Below are positions 35,796-49,749 of a stretch of 64,000 nt of DNA, in pieces. Positions within the stretch are counted from its first letter, which is position 1; every line of letters begins with the position of its first letter. The stretch comes from Raja brachyura (Eukaryota), in the NCBI GenBank assembly GCA_963514005.1, contig OY740786.1:87606001-87670000 (forward strand). Reading direction: 5' to 3'. The translations under genes were made by a program, and so were the position numbers. The notes under the pieces were generated by a model that did no database searches, had not been told where the DNA came from, and saw only the letters and a program-made list of their open reading frames with translations.

Positions 35796-37039
35796 CGAAG
35801 AGCAAATGTTTAATCAGCGTTCAAAAACATGAGGATTGCAGTATGTGAGAGAGAAACATGAAACACAGTTCCCAAAATTAGAACTGGGTTTGGTTTGGCC
35901 AGTGCGGGAAGTCAAAGACAGAAATGTCAAAGTGGGAATGTGAGGGGGAGTTGAACTAACGGATTGCAGGAAGGTCAGAATCTTTCTTACGGGCAGGATG
36001 CAAATACTTGGCAAAGATATCAACCGATAAACGTTCCCCAGTTAAAGGAGCTTACAATGTGAGAGGTGAAGATATTGGTTAGCTTGCAAGGAATATAACC
36101 AAATAATTTCCACATACTTAATTACTTAATTATGATGACATTGAGACAAAGCATTTGGCCCATCACCTTCCATCAGTCCCATTCTCTCTATTTCCCTGCA
36201 GCTTGCAACCTATTCTCTCCCACATGCCTTTTGTCACTTCCTTAAGGGCCTGTCCTATGCTATTTTTAGAACTATTCAAAATATAAATGTTTTTATACCT
36301 GCCCATCCCCTTGCTCCTTCACTGTTTCCCCGGTCCTGCTTTCCTGTTGAACTCCTGGCTGGGCATTTTTTAGCAGGCAAGAGGTAGAGGAGACGCTACT
36401 CTGAGGTTCCCACTGACAACCTCAGAGAGATAGCACCATGCTTTCTTAGGACAGCATGATGGTGCAGCGGTTAGTGCTGCTGCCCCACATCTCCTGGAAC
36501 CCGGGTTCAATCCTGACCTCAGGAGCCATTCGCACACAATTTTCACCATCATTTCATGGCAAATGTGTTTTCTTCCAGATACTCCCAAAATGTGTTTGGA
36601 GGTAAACTGGTTTCTAAACATTCCCCTTTTGTGCAGAGAAGTGGCAAAAAGAAGTAAAGGCGGAGTTGATGGACATATGGGTGAGAACAGGTCACTGAGA
36701 TATAGGAGAGGGGGAAAGGACTAACGGTATTGCTCATGAGCCAGCATTAACTTGATAGGCCAAACAGACTCCTCTTGTATCATTAAAAGGAGATAAGTTG
36801 TTTCACATACAGTATAGGAGCAAGCTCTCTCTTTTAAAATATAAGAGCTGCTTAGCTCTCTTTTAAATTATAAAATCATAAACTATTATTTAATTATTTA
36901 AATCATAAACATTTTCTCAATGCACTGTCTGGAATGGTGTGAAGCGCAGACCACTGTTTCGTCATTTTTAACAATTATTGACTTCCTGCATCATATCAGA
37001 GTCAAAGGTGAAGCTTACAGTCTGTATGTAATTGTCATC

Positions 37040-37735
37040 ATAGAAACATAGAAACATAGAAAATAGGTGCAGGAGTAGGCCATTCGGCCCTTCGAGCCTG
37101 CACCGCCAGTGAATATGACCATGGCTGATCATCCAACTCAGTATCCTGTACCTGCCTTCTCTCCATAGCCCCTGATCCCTTTAGCCACAAGGGCCACATC
37201 TAACTCTTAAATATAGCCAATGAACTGGCCTCAACTACCTTCTGTGGCAGAGAATTCCACAGATTCACCACTCTGTGTGAAAAATGTTTTTCTCATCTCG
37301 GTCCTAAAAGACTTCCCCCTTATCCTTAAACTGTGACCCCTTGTTCTGGACTTCCCCAACATCGGGAACAATCTTCCTGCATCTAGCCTGTCCAACCCCT
37401 TAAAAATTTTGTACTTTTCTATAAGATCGCCCCTCAATCTTCTAAATTCTAGCCTTCTCTGTACTCCCTCTATGGCAAGAATGTCTTTCCTCAGATTAGG
37501 AGACCAAAACTGTACGCAATACTCCAGGTGTGGTCTCACCAAGACCCTGTACAACTGCAGTGGAACCTCCCTGCTCCTATACTCAAATCCTTTTGCTATG
37601 AATGCTAATGTACCATTCGCTTTCTTCATTGCCTGCTGCACCTGCATGCCTACTTTCAATGACTGGTGTACCATGACACCCAGGTCTCGTTGCATCTCCC
37701 CTTTTCCTAATCGGCCACCATTCAGATAATAGTCT
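37040..37735 (-). mobile_element. CR1 LINE 3' fragment with an internal deletion
   Basis: ORF 37231-37887 contains RDLGV, RPHLEYCVQFWSP and RTRGH; (ttctatgt)n tail at ~37040. Confidence 0.92.
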
Positions 37736-37924
37736 ATAGATAATAGTCTATAGATTGCACAGCCCCCATCATGATGGCTGTGCAATTCTAATTCCCAAAC
37801 TTTTGTATATGATGCCTCTTGCTCCTTTTGGGTGAAGAACCATGATGTGACATATATCTTCTCCGATCTTACTCCTGACTCAATCACTGAGTCACATTTT
37901 GTTCTGTAGCAAGCTAATGTTCAA

Positions 37925-38240
37925 TTTAGTTTTTTGTTTAGTTTAGAGATACAGCGTGGAAACAAGCCCTTAGGCCGACCGAGTCCGCACTGACCAGCGA
38001 TCCTCGCACATTAACACTATCCGACACACACTAGGGACAATTTACATTTATACCAAGCCAATTAATCTAAAAACCTGTAAGTCTTTGGAATATGAGAGGA
38101 AACCAAACATCTCGGAGAAAATACATGCGGTCACGGGGAGAATGTTCAAACTCCATACAGACAGCGCCTGTAGTCAGGATCGTACCCGGATCTCCGGTGC
38201 TGCAAGCGCTGTATGGCAGCAACTCTACCGCTTCGCCCTG
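37925..38240 (-). mobile_element. HE1/V-SINE-like SINE
   Basis: Near-complete reverse copy of the same SINE consensus. Confidence 0.85.
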
Positions 38241-39529
38241 ATGTGACAGTGAGTAACTGTTGGAAAGGTGAGTGGAATTGTGTGTGATTTGTGCATATGT
38301 AGCCTGTGCACTGGGGGGGAAATGCAACAGGGAATATCATGAGAGAAGCCATAAATGTAAAGCCAAGTGTGTGAAACGTGAGATGGGAAGAAATGCTAAC
38401 GTGTTCGCTAAAGTGTTAGGGTGTAAGGAAAGACTTGAGGACAACTGAAGAAAATATGAATATGTTAGGAATGAGAATGAGAGGTGCCACCTTGCGATTG
38501 GTAAAGTTGAATGCGATAAAGGGAATTGTGCTGTGTGTGACACAGGAAAAGAGAGTTGTCAGATGTTATTTAGTGAGATGAAATGCTGTACTCAGCTATT
38601 GAGATTAAGGTCAATAACCAATAGTGCTTGAGATCAATAAACTTTCTCTTGAATTGAGAGGTCAAGTTGCAGTTGGGAGGTCATGTGGCAGTTGTATAAG
38701 ACATTGGTGAGGCTGCAGTTAGAGTATTGTGTTCAGTTCTGGGCATCTAGGATCTGCTGGTATTGGTCCTATGCACCAATCTGCATGTTGAAAGGGAGTA
38801 TTGGGGCTCGGCGTGGGGGATCTGGGGGGGGGGGGGAGGGCTGGGGACAAAAGGAGGAGCCGGTGTGTTTTGTAACTTTGTCAGCGATATTGGCTGCTAT
38901 TTGTATACATTGGGTAGTCAAGCAAAGAATGTCACTGGGCCTAGTCACATGTGACTATAAAGTATTCCATTCCATTTCCTTCTTTGCCTTGACATTCTCC
39001 AGTACTTCTCAGGAAGCAGCAAGAAACCCAGGAGCAGCACACAACCTACACGGTTATTCTTCCAACAGTGCAAGAAGCTTCAGCACAATCAGAGAATCGG
39101 AGAGAGACACAAAATGCTGCAGTAACTCAGCATCTCTGGAGTGGGTGATGTTTCGGTAGAGACTCTTCTTCAAACTGATGATCAAAGAAGTGGAACAAAA
39201 AATCTAAGTAGCTGAGACTGGAAGCTGACATCTCTCTTGTGAACTGAACTGAGAACTCCAAATCAATTACTCAGTCTACATGGGTAGGCTATTAAAAGCC
39301 TCATGATAAATTTAAAATATTGTTCCTTCACTAATTGTAAGATATGTTGTATAATTCTGACCGGCTACGTAGAAAGCTCACATACCAACTCACATTGTGA
39401 ACAGTCAAAAATAACGCTGTTGTGAAAATGAAAACAGCTGCAGGTGCTGGAAATTTGAAATGGAAAGGAAAACAGTGGCAGAACTCGACAGCTCAGACCA
39501 CATCTGCATAAAGACAAAAGTGAGGTGTT

Positions 39530-40175
39530 AGAAGAATGGAGGGTGGCTAAGGTTTAATCACAATCACAATCACAATCATACTTTATCAGCCAAGTATGTT
39601 TTGCAACATTCGAGCAATTTCATTTGCCAAGTCTGTCATACAAATAAAAAGCAACAGAACACACAAAATACATTTTAACATAAACATCCACCACAGTGCC
39701 TCCTCCGCATTCCTCACTGTGATGTAAGGCGAAAAGTCAATCTTAGAAGAGCTGCAAGGAAAAGCCTGAGAACTATAGACCAGTGCGCCTACTATCTGTG
39801 ATGAGGATTTTGAAGGTTAAAATATATGTGCATTCGGAGAGACAGGGGCTAATTAAGGATAGTCAGCATGATTATGTATGTGGGAGAATGTATCTTACAA
39901 ATCTGATTAAGTTTTTTTGAAGAAGTAACCAAAGAAGCAATGGCAAACCCATAGATGTTGTCTGCATGGACTTCAACAAGGCATTTAATAGGGATCTGCA
40001 TGGTAGGCTGCTCTGTAGGATTAGATCACAGGGAAAGCAAGCTGACCGGAGAAAACGCATGCTGTCACAGGGAGAACATACAAACTCCGTACAGACATCA
40101 TCCATAGTCAAGATCGAACCTGGGTCTCTGGCACTGTAAGGCAGTAACTGTACCGCTGCGCCACTGTGCCACCTC
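39530..40175. mobile_element. cluster of a decayed CR1 RT fragment (+), a stem-loop tail repeat (-) and a partial V-SINE (-)
   Basis: aactatagaccagt, cagcatg and gacttcaacaaggcatttaa CR1 remnants; SINE 5' half at ~40045-40175. Confidence 0.65.
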
Positions 40176-40397
40176 ACCTATTGAAGGTTGCCCACTTTAC
40201 ACATTTAATGGGTTTTTTTGCCAATCATTGTTTGCCTCTCACAGTGTACAAAAAGAGCAGGTGGTAAATTTGTGGCTTGGGCCACCTTGACCCAAATTTC
40301 ACCCATCTAATTCTCCCACCTTGCTATCGGGTGGGGGGGGGGGGGGGGGGGGTTACTCTTTGACATCAATGCCTATTTTGCAACCATATGGAGAATG

Positions 40398-43300
40398 CAG
40401 GAATCAGTCTGGTGAACCTTGGCTGCACTCCCTCTATGGCAATAATGTCTTCCTCAGATTTGGAGACCAGAACTGTACGCAGTACTCCAGGTGTGGCCTC
40501 ACCAAGACCCTGTACAACTGCAGTAGAACCTCCCTGCTCTTGTACTCAAATCCTTTTGCTATGAACGCCAACATACCATTCGCTTTCTTCACTGCCTGCT
40601 GCACCAGCATGCCTACTTTCAATGACTGGTGTACCATGACACCCAGGTCTCGTTGCATCTCCCCTTTTCCTAATCGGTCACCATTCAGATAATAGTCTAC
40701 CCTTCTGTTTTTGCCACCAAAGTGGATAACCTCACATTTATCCACATTATACTGCATTTGCCATGCATTTGCCCACTCACCCAACCTATCACCTTGCAGC
40801 CTCCTAGCATCCTCCTCACAGCTAACACTGCCCCCCCCCAGCTTCATGTCATCTGTAAACTTGGAGATGTTGCATTCAATTCCCTCATCCAGATCATTAA
40901 TATATATTGTAAATAGCTGGGGTTCCAGCACTGAGCCTTGCGGTACCCCACTTGTCACTGCCTGCCATTCTGAAAATGACCCGTTTACTCCTACTCTTTG
41001 CTTCCTGTCTGCCAGCCAGTTCTCTGTCCACATGAATACTGAACCACCAATACCGTGTGCTTTACGTTTGTATACGAATCTCTTATGAGGGACCTTGTCG
41101 AAAGCCTTCTGAAAGTCCAGATATAACACATCCACAGGTTCTCCCTTATCCACTCTACTAGTTACATCCTCGAAAAATTCTATAAGATTCGTCAGACATG
41201 ATTTACCTTTCATAAATCCATGCTGGCTTTGTCCAATGATTTCACCACTTTCCAAATGTGCTGCTATCCCAACTTTAATAACTGACTCTAGCATTTTCCC
41301 CACTACCGATGTTAGACTAACTGGTCTGTAATTCCCCGTTTTCTCTCTCCCTCCCTTTTTAAAAAGTATGGTTACATTAGCTACCTCCAATCCTCAGGAA
41401 CTACTCCAGAATCTAAAGAGTTTTGAAAAATTATCACTAATGCATCCACTATTTCTGGGGCTACTTCCTTAAGTACTCTGGGATGCGGCCTATCTGGCCC
41501 TGGGGATTTATCGGCCTTTAATCCATTCAATTTACCTAACACCACTTCCCGGCTAACCTGGATTTCACTCAATTCCTCCATCTCGTTTGACCCACGGTCC
41601 CCTGCTATTTCTCCTTTATTTATGTCTTCCTTTGTGAAGACAGAACCAAAGTAGTTATTCAATTGGTCTGCCATGTCCTTGTTCCCCATGATCAATTCAC
41701 CAGTTTCTGACTGCAAGGGACCTACATTTGTTTTAACTAACCTTTTTCTCTTTACATATCTATAAAAACTTTTGCAGTCAATTTTTATGTTCCCTGCCAG
41801 TTTTCTTTCATAATCTATTTTCCCTTTCCTAATTAAGCCCTTTGTCCTCCTCTGCTGGACTCTGAATTTCTCCCAGTCCTCTGGTAGGCTGCTTTTTCTG
41901 GCTAATTTGTATGCTTCATCTTTAGTTTTGATACTATCCCTGATTTCCATTGTTATCCACGGATGCACTACCTTCCCTGATTTATTATTCTGCCAAACTG
42001 GGATGAACAATTGTTGTAGTTCATCCATGCAGTCTTTAAATGCCTTCCATTGCATATCCACCGTCAACCCTTTAAGAATCACTTGCCAGTCTATCTTGGC
42101 CAATTCACGTCTCATACCCTCAAAGTTACCTTTCTTTAAGTTCAGAACCCTTGTTTCTGAATTAGCAATGTCACTCTCCATCCTAATGAAGAACTCAACA
42201 ATATTATGGTCACTCTTGTCCAAGGGGCCACGCACAACAAGACTGCTAACTAACCCTTCCTCATTACTCAATACCCAGTCTAGAATAGCCTGCTCTCTCG
42301 TTGGTTCCTCTACATGTTGGTTTAGAAAACTATCCCGCATACATTCCAAGAAATCCTCTTCCTCAGCACTGCTGCCAATTTGATTCACCCAATCTATATG
42401 TAGATTGAAGTCACCCATTATAACTGTTTTACCTTTGTTGCATGCATTTCTAATTTCCTGTTTGATGCCATCCCCAACTCCACTACTACTGTTAGGTGGC
42501 CTGTACATAACTCCCACTAGCGTTTTCTGCCCCTTAGAGTTTCGCAGCTCTACCCATACCATTCCACATCCTCCAAGCTAATGTCCTTCCTTTCTATTGC
42601 GTTAATCTCCTCTCTAACCAGCAACGCTACTCCACCTCCTTTTCCTTTCTGTCTATCCCTCCTGAATATTGAATATCCCTGGATGTTCAGCTCCCAGCCT
42701 TGGTCACCCTGGAGCCATGTCTCTATGATCCCAATTATATCATATACATTAATAACTATCTGCACATTCAACTCATCCACCTTATTACGAATGCTCCTTG
42801 CATTGAGACACAAAGCCTTCAGGCTTGTTTTTACAACACTCTTAACCCTTATACAATTATGTTGAAAAGTGGCCCTTTTTGATTTTTGCCCTCGATTTTT
42901 CTGCCTGCCACTTACTTTGTACCTTGCTACCAATTGCTTCTACCCTCATTTTACATCCCTCTGTCTCTCTTCTCATGCTCCCATCCCTCTGCCGCATTAG
43001 TTTAAATCCTCCCTGACAGCACTAGCAAACACTCCCCCAAGGACATTGGTTCCCTTCCAGCCCAGGTGCAGACCGTCCTGTTTGTATTGGTCCCACCTCC
43101 CCTAGAACTGATTCCAATGCTCTAGAAATTTGAATCCCTCCCCCTTGCACCATTTTTCAAGCCACGTATTCATCTGCAATATCCTCCTATTTCTACTCTG
43201 ACTAGCACGTGGCACTGGTAGTAGTCCAGATATTATTACCTTTGAGGTCCTACTTTTAAGTTTATCTCCTAGCTCCCTAAATTCACCTTGTAGGACCTCA

Positions 43301-45400
43301 TCCCTTTTTTTACCTATATCGTTGGTACCAATATGCACCACGACATCTGGCTGTTCACCCCCCCCCTCCAGAATGTTCTGGAGCCGTTCAGTGACATTCC
43401 TGACCCTTGCACCAGGGAGGCAACATACCATCCTGGAGTCTCGTTTGCGGCCGCAGAAACGCCTACCTATTCCCCTTACAATTGAATCCCCTATTACTAT
43501 AGCCCTTCCACTCTTTTTTCTCCCCTCCTGTGCCGCAGAGCCACCCATGGTGCCATGAACTTTGCTGCTGCTGCCTTCCCCTGATGAGCCAACTCCCCCA
43601 ACACTATCCAAAATTGTATATCTGTTTAGGAGGGAGAGGACCGCAGGGGGCTCCTGCACTACCTGCCTACTGCTACGCTGGCTAATGGCCACCCGTTCCC
43701 ATTCTGTCCGCTTAACTTTTACCTGCGGTGTGGCCAACTCACTGTACGTGCTATTCACGAGTTTCTCAGCATCGTGGATGCTCCAATATGAATCCAACTG
43801 CAGCTCCAATCGTTCAATGCGGTCTGCCAGGAGCTGCAGCTGGACACACTTCCTGCAAACGTAGTCACCAGGGACACCAACCATATCCCTGATCTCCCAC
43901 ATGTTGCAGGATGAGCAAACCATGGGGCCGATCTCAAATGACATGGCTTGCCCCCAAATTAAATCAACTCACTCACACTATAAAAATCGTAATCCTTTAA
44001 ACCAACCTTTACTAAAAAGCACTGTACCCTTTGCTCACTGTACCCTTTGCTCACTGTACCCTTTGCTCACTGTACCCTTTGCTCACTGTACCCTTTGCGC
44101 ACTGTACCCTTTGCTGACTGTACCCTTTGCTGACTGTACCCTTTGCTGACTGTACCCTTTGCTCACTGTACCCTTTGCTCACTGAACCCTTTGCTGACTG
44201 TACCCTTTGCTGACTGTACCCTTTGCTGACTGTACCCTTTGCTCACTGTACCCTTTGCTCACTGTACTCTTTGCTCACTGTACCCTTTGCTCACTGTACC
44301 CTTTGCTGACTGTACCCTTTGCTCACTGTACCCTTTGCTCACTGAACCCTTTGCTGACTGTACCCTTTGCTGACTGTACCCTTTGCTCACTGTACCCTTT
44401 GCTCACTGTACCCTTTGCTCACTGTACCCTTTGCTCACTATACTCTTTGCTCACTGTACTCTTTGCTCACTGTACCCTTTGCTCACTGTACCCTTTGCTC
44501 ACTGTACTCTTTGCTCACTGTACTCTTTGCTCACTGAACCCTTTGCTGACTGTACCCTTTGCTCACTGTACCCTTTGCTCACTGTACCCTTTGCTCACTG
44601 TACCCTTTGCTCACTGTACCCTTTGCTCACTATACTCTTTGCTCACTGTACTCTTTGCTCACTGTACTCTTTGCTCACTGTACCCTTTGCTCACTGTACC
44701 CTTTGCTCACTGTACCCTTTGCTCACTGTACCCTTTGCTCACTGTACCCTTTGCTCACTGTACCCTTTGCTCACTGTACCCTTTGCTCACTGTACCCTTT
44801 GCTCACTATACTCTTTGCTCACTGTACCCTTTGCTCACTGTACCCTTTGCTCACTATACTCTTTGCTCACTGTACCCTTTGCTCACTGTACCCTTTGCTC
44901 ACTGTACCCTTTGCTGACTGTACCCTTTGCTGACTGTACCCTTTGCTCACTGTACTCTTTGCTCACTGTACTCTTTGCTCACTGTACCCTTTGCTCACTG
45001 TACCCTTTGCTCACTGTACCCTTTGCTCACTGTACCCTTTGCTGACTGTACCCTTTGCTGACTGTACCCTTTGCTGACTGTACCCTTTGCTCACTGTACT
45101 CTTTGCTCACTGTACTCTTTGCTCACTGTACCCTTTGCTCACTGTACCCTTTGCTCACTGTACCCTTTGCTCACTGTACCCTTTGCTCACTGTACCCTTT
45201 GCTCACTGTACCCTTTGCTCACTGTACCCTTTGCTCACTGTACCCTTTGCTCACTGTACCCTTTGCTCACTGTACCCTTTGCTCACTGTACCCTTTGCTC
45301 ACTGTACCTTTAACTCACTGTACCCTTAATGCAAACCAGGGTTGCACCCAATCAGCTGCTTCCTCCAGTCCGCTTCCACCAATCAGTGGCTTCCACTAGA
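40398..45400 (-). mobile_element. CR1 LINE with intact 5' end, missing its 3' terminus
   Basis: ORF1 43102-43944 (CxxC-CxxC, leucine zipper, SGNH esterase GDS/GTND); ORF2 APE (42550-42933, 41381-42562) and RT (40434-41390), each broken by frameshifts. Confidence 0.93.
44020..45325. repeat. 16-bp minisatellite (ctgtaccctttgctca)n, ~80 copies, upstream of CR1 ORF1
   Basis: Directly visible, with a few single-base variants. Confidence 0.97.
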
Positions 45401-45687
45401 ACACTTGTGTGGAACGTTACAGGTTTGGGTTCCTTCTCCTCTTGCTCCAACGGCTCCTGGGCCTCTGTGGAACAAAGCTACGCGCTCGATTTTTAAACTC
45501 ACCACCCGGAGACTCCTCCTCTTGCTCCAACAGCTCCTGGGCCTCTCTGATGCTTTGTTCTTCTTTGAGGAATTTGCATATTAATTTAGAATTGATTAAT
45601 ATAATTATTTATTGCCAGGCCTGATTGGTCTTTTCTCGCTGCCAGCTCTTCACCACCACCCACTCTCCCCCCACCTGCACCCCCAAA

Positions 45688-46488
45688 GTCAAGTCAAGAG
45701 AGTGTATTGCCATGTGTCCCAGATAGGACAATGAGATTCTTGCATTGCTGCAGCACAAAAAGAATGTTGTAGGCATAAATACTTATCAGATCAGTGTGTC
45801 CATATACCATAGAATATATACACACACACACATAAATAAACAGATAAAGTGCAATAGGCTGTTATAGTTCAGAGTTTGTTTGAAGTTGTGTTTAATAGTC
45901 TGATGGTTGTGGGGAAGAAGCTGTCCCTGAACCTGGATGTTTCAGATTTTAGGCGCCTGTACCTTCTACCTGATGGCAGCGGAGAGATGAGTGTGTGGCC
46001 AGGATGGTGTGGGTCCTTGATGATGCTGGCAGCCTTTTTGAAGCAGCTTCTTCGATAGATCTCCTCGATGGTAGGGAGTTCAGAGCCGATGATGGACTGA
46101 GCAGTGTTTACAACTTTTTGCAGCCTTTTCTGCTCTTAGACGCTCAGGTTGCCATACCAAGCCACGATGCAACCGGTCGGCAAGCTCTCTACTGTGCACC
46201 TATAGAAGTTCGAGAGAGCCCTCCTTGACTTTCCGACTCTCCGTAATCTTCTCATGAAGTAGAGGCGCTGATGTTCTTTTTTTATGATTGCATCAGTGTT
46301 CTGGGACCAGGAGAGATCTTCGGAAATATGCACGCCAAGGAATTTGAAGTTCTTGACCCTTTCCACCATCGACCCGTTGATATAAACGGGACTGTGCGTC
46401 CGCATCTTACCCCTTCTGAGGTCCACAATCAGTTCCTTGGTTTTGCTGGTGTTGAGGGCCAGGTTATTGTGCTGGCACCATTTGGCCA
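45688..46488 (-). mobile_element. Rex1/Babar-type LINE 3' fragment
   Basis: WCQHNNLALNTSKTKELIVD..FKFLGVHISEDLSW..QRLYF..FYRCTVES..AWYGN; (cttga)n tail. Confidence 0.85.
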
Positions 46489-46556
46489 AGAAGGGTCTTG
46501 ACCCAAGACGTCACCTATCCTCTTTCTGCAGAGATGCTGCCTGACCCGATGAGTAA

Positions 46557-47133
46557 AGGGCCTGTCCCACCAGCATGCAACTCTATGCGATGAACGCAAT
46601 CAAACTAGAAGCGGGGGCCGCGCGGAGGTCGGTTGATCCCCCGTAAGGGCCGTTCCCACCAGCATGCGCCTGCATGCGGCAAGCGCAACCAAACCGGCAG
46701 TAGGGGCCGCGCGGAGGTCGGGTGAGTGGCGCAACGCGGCGCAAAGTGAGGCGAACTTGGAGCGAAGTCCAAGGTAAGTTCACCAGGACAGAGAGGGGCA
46801 CACAGAGAGGGGCACCGAGGCACACACACACACAGGGCCACAGAGCCACACACATAGAGGGTCGCGGAGGCACTTACAAATAGGTTCACGGAGGCACAAT
46901 GTCGGGGCTGTGTGTAAATGTCGAGGCGACTGCGAGCCGACAAGCCGTTGCCGCGCGGAATTTTTGGACATAGTCGGTTTTTCGGAGCCCCGCGCGGTCT
47001 CGGGACGAACTCCGCACAATTCCGCACGGCTCCGGCGATCGAAGTGGGACCGGCCACGCGACACCGGACGGCTCAAGCGACCACGTTAGGTCGCGCTAAT
47101 CGCATAGAGTTGCATGCTGGTGGGACAGGCCCT
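46557..47133. mobile_element. PIF/Harbinger-type MITE inserted in a Penelope-derived unit
   Basis: Perfect 35-bp TIRs agggcctgtcccaccagcatgcaactctatgcgat; TAA/TTA flanks. Confidence 0.85.
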
Positions 47134-49749
47134 TTACTCCTTTACTTTGTGTCTATCTTCCATACCAATTTGAAAGGAAAACAATCCCCTTTTCTTCCAG
47201 GTTGCTGTGGCAATGTCATCTGAATTGAAAAATGATATCTTATTGATAGGAAGGCAACTTCAATTCAAAATGATATAAGGCTGCATGCTACTTGGCAATG
47301 AGATATTACAGGGAAGTCCTGAAGGTCCAATTACCACTTAAACCATTATTAGAATTAAAAATGACAGATATGAATATATAATTGCTGGTAAGTACTGTAC
47401 TGCAGTAACCTATGTAAATAAATCATTGGTTGGTGCTTCCAGTTTGAACCACCTATTTTATCAGAATCACTCTACATGTTCAGACACATGCAAGTGAAGG
47501 GAACTGTAGCTCATGACACCAACATTTCAATTCAGACATCAAAAAATATTTTTTTATGCTTACATCTGTGCTTTTATTAAAATAACTACTTTGCATCAAA
47601 TAACAGAAGACCAAAGTATAGTTTTTGTTTTAAAAGCCTGTTTTCAAGGTAAGTTTCCATACTCAGCTTCATGCATCATACGATCCATTCATCACTTGAA
47701 AGAATGTGTTTAGCAATCTAATCATCAGTGTAAGCTTGCTGTAACGCTTCCAGCTAAAGACAAGTTCCACCAACGCACCTGACAGACACAAGTCCAGACA
47801 TAGCTGCATTCCTCTATCAGAAGAAACTGCTAAAAGTTGACTCATAATGTTCTCCAAGCTGTGAGTTCGATGCTTTGAAACAAAGTGGATTACTTAGCAA
47901 ATGCTGTAAAACTCTTAGCACGAAAGGCTTTACATTTTTCTTTTACAAGGTAAGAAACTGAAAATGGAACTTGTACTCAGATATACCAAACAATATTTGA
48001 ATGTTTAATGATGATAAGAGTTCTTGTTGCTCCATGATTTGCGAACAAAGACAATTCTGAACGTGTGAAACGTGACCACTGCTTGTGAAACAAGCACCAT
48101 TGTCTTTATTTCCCAGAGATCATTATTGATTATGGTTCAAATGTTTGAGGAGTTAAGCGTGAGATTTTTTAAAACTTATTTCTTACGGAATGTGGTGTTA
48201 CTAAACATACACTTCGTGGGATCTGGTTCTCGGGTATGGAACTGCAGTGTGCAACTGTTTAGCACTGTGTTGCAATCACTGTTCACGGCTCATTTTTAAC
48301 ATGGCTGCTCCTGCAGGGGAATATAATGGTAATAATGGTAATAATAATAAAAAAATAATCAATGCATGCTTGCATGTTTGAATAATTTTTTTGTGATAAT
48401 TTTACAGAGTTCTTTTCATATAAAATTGGAATTCCATGTAAGCTTATTGAGTTACAGTAATATGATCCACTTAATTGTCCAATATTCTGAAAGCATTCTA
48501 TCAGCCTTGTGATACATATTATATGTACAGTCTTATTGTTTATTAATCATAACTTTTATTCCAACTGGGTATTGTGGGAATTCCATGGTTTGTTTATTTT
48601 TGATTTAATAGTTTAACTTGGCTCTCAACAAAGCATTATACCTCAAATGCCTGTTCAATGCTTATATGGTGGATAATTCTTTTCATTAAAAAGCATGCAA
48701 AAAAAATGTTTTTTTAAAAGTTGATTTCGCTAACATTCTGTTGAAAACTGGCCAGCAAATAGTGTTATAAGCATTTAACAAACATTTGGCTAGGGGGACG
48801 TGTGCGATTTGCTCAGTGCAAAAGTGGGGCTAAATAATTTTATTATCTGTTTAGTTTATAAATATACATTGTGTGAATCAGTTGGCTAGGAAGAAATTCG
48901 ACTGCATTTGTTTTCTCTGCTTTAAGGTATCCTTGCAGTAAGCCCCGTGTGCAATATGGTCTCCTGCGATGCTGACACAACCAACCAGCCAAAACCTATT
49001 CTCTTAGTTGGTGCATGAAGGGTAGATATCCTAAAAAAATAATTGTGGCATCAGTGGAAATGAATCACAACCAATTTATTTATCTGCTGTTAAAGCTGTA
49101 TGTATAGCAACTCCAGGTAAAACTACATGAATGGGCCCAATTTTCTTACAAACCTTATTGTACTGGGAAAGTAAATTAAGTACAATGTATTGGTAAGCAG
49201 GGAATTAGACTGGAGTTGTAGATAAAACAACTCTGCCAACATGACCCTCCCCCCCCCCCCCCCCCCCTCCACTCACTAATTAAGGACATGCACAAAGGTA
49301 ACTTTGTGTATGCCATGTGTCTGAAGTATTCAGGAATGCTCAGTCTCAAATTCCTGAGCATACTACCATTGCTAAGTGCAGTCTTTTCAGCAAACATACA
49401 CAATCATAATTATGAAACAAAGCAGCAACAGGACTCATTTGGAATCATACTGAATGCCATGTAAGAAAAGACAGGGCTGTATATTTATGTTATATTAAAG
49501 CCTTACAAAAAGAACAACACATTTCTGGTCTATGAAAGTCAATACATAGCAATGAACTACATTAAGCTTTAAAGGACCTCAGGGTACTGAATATAGCATT
49601 GGGCTGCAGTATTGGGATTTCAAAGTTTCATACCCTGCTTCATACAAACAGCAGACGGAAAAATAGTTATCAGAGACTCATTGCAAAGGTAGGGTATTTT
49701 TTCATTAAATATTACAGATTGCAAATCAGTGTGATAAAAGTGTTGCCCT

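Noticed and set aside
44207-45399. Long Cys/Leu/Pro-rich ORFs and a CRISPR-like periodic look
   Set aside because: These come from a stop-poor 16-bp tandem repeat; there are no unique spacers and no cas genes, and the DNA is eukaryotic
47199-47388. Exon-like segment (ttccag...gtaagt) in repeat-poor DNA
   Set aside because: Stops in all three frames; no support beyond splice-like motifs
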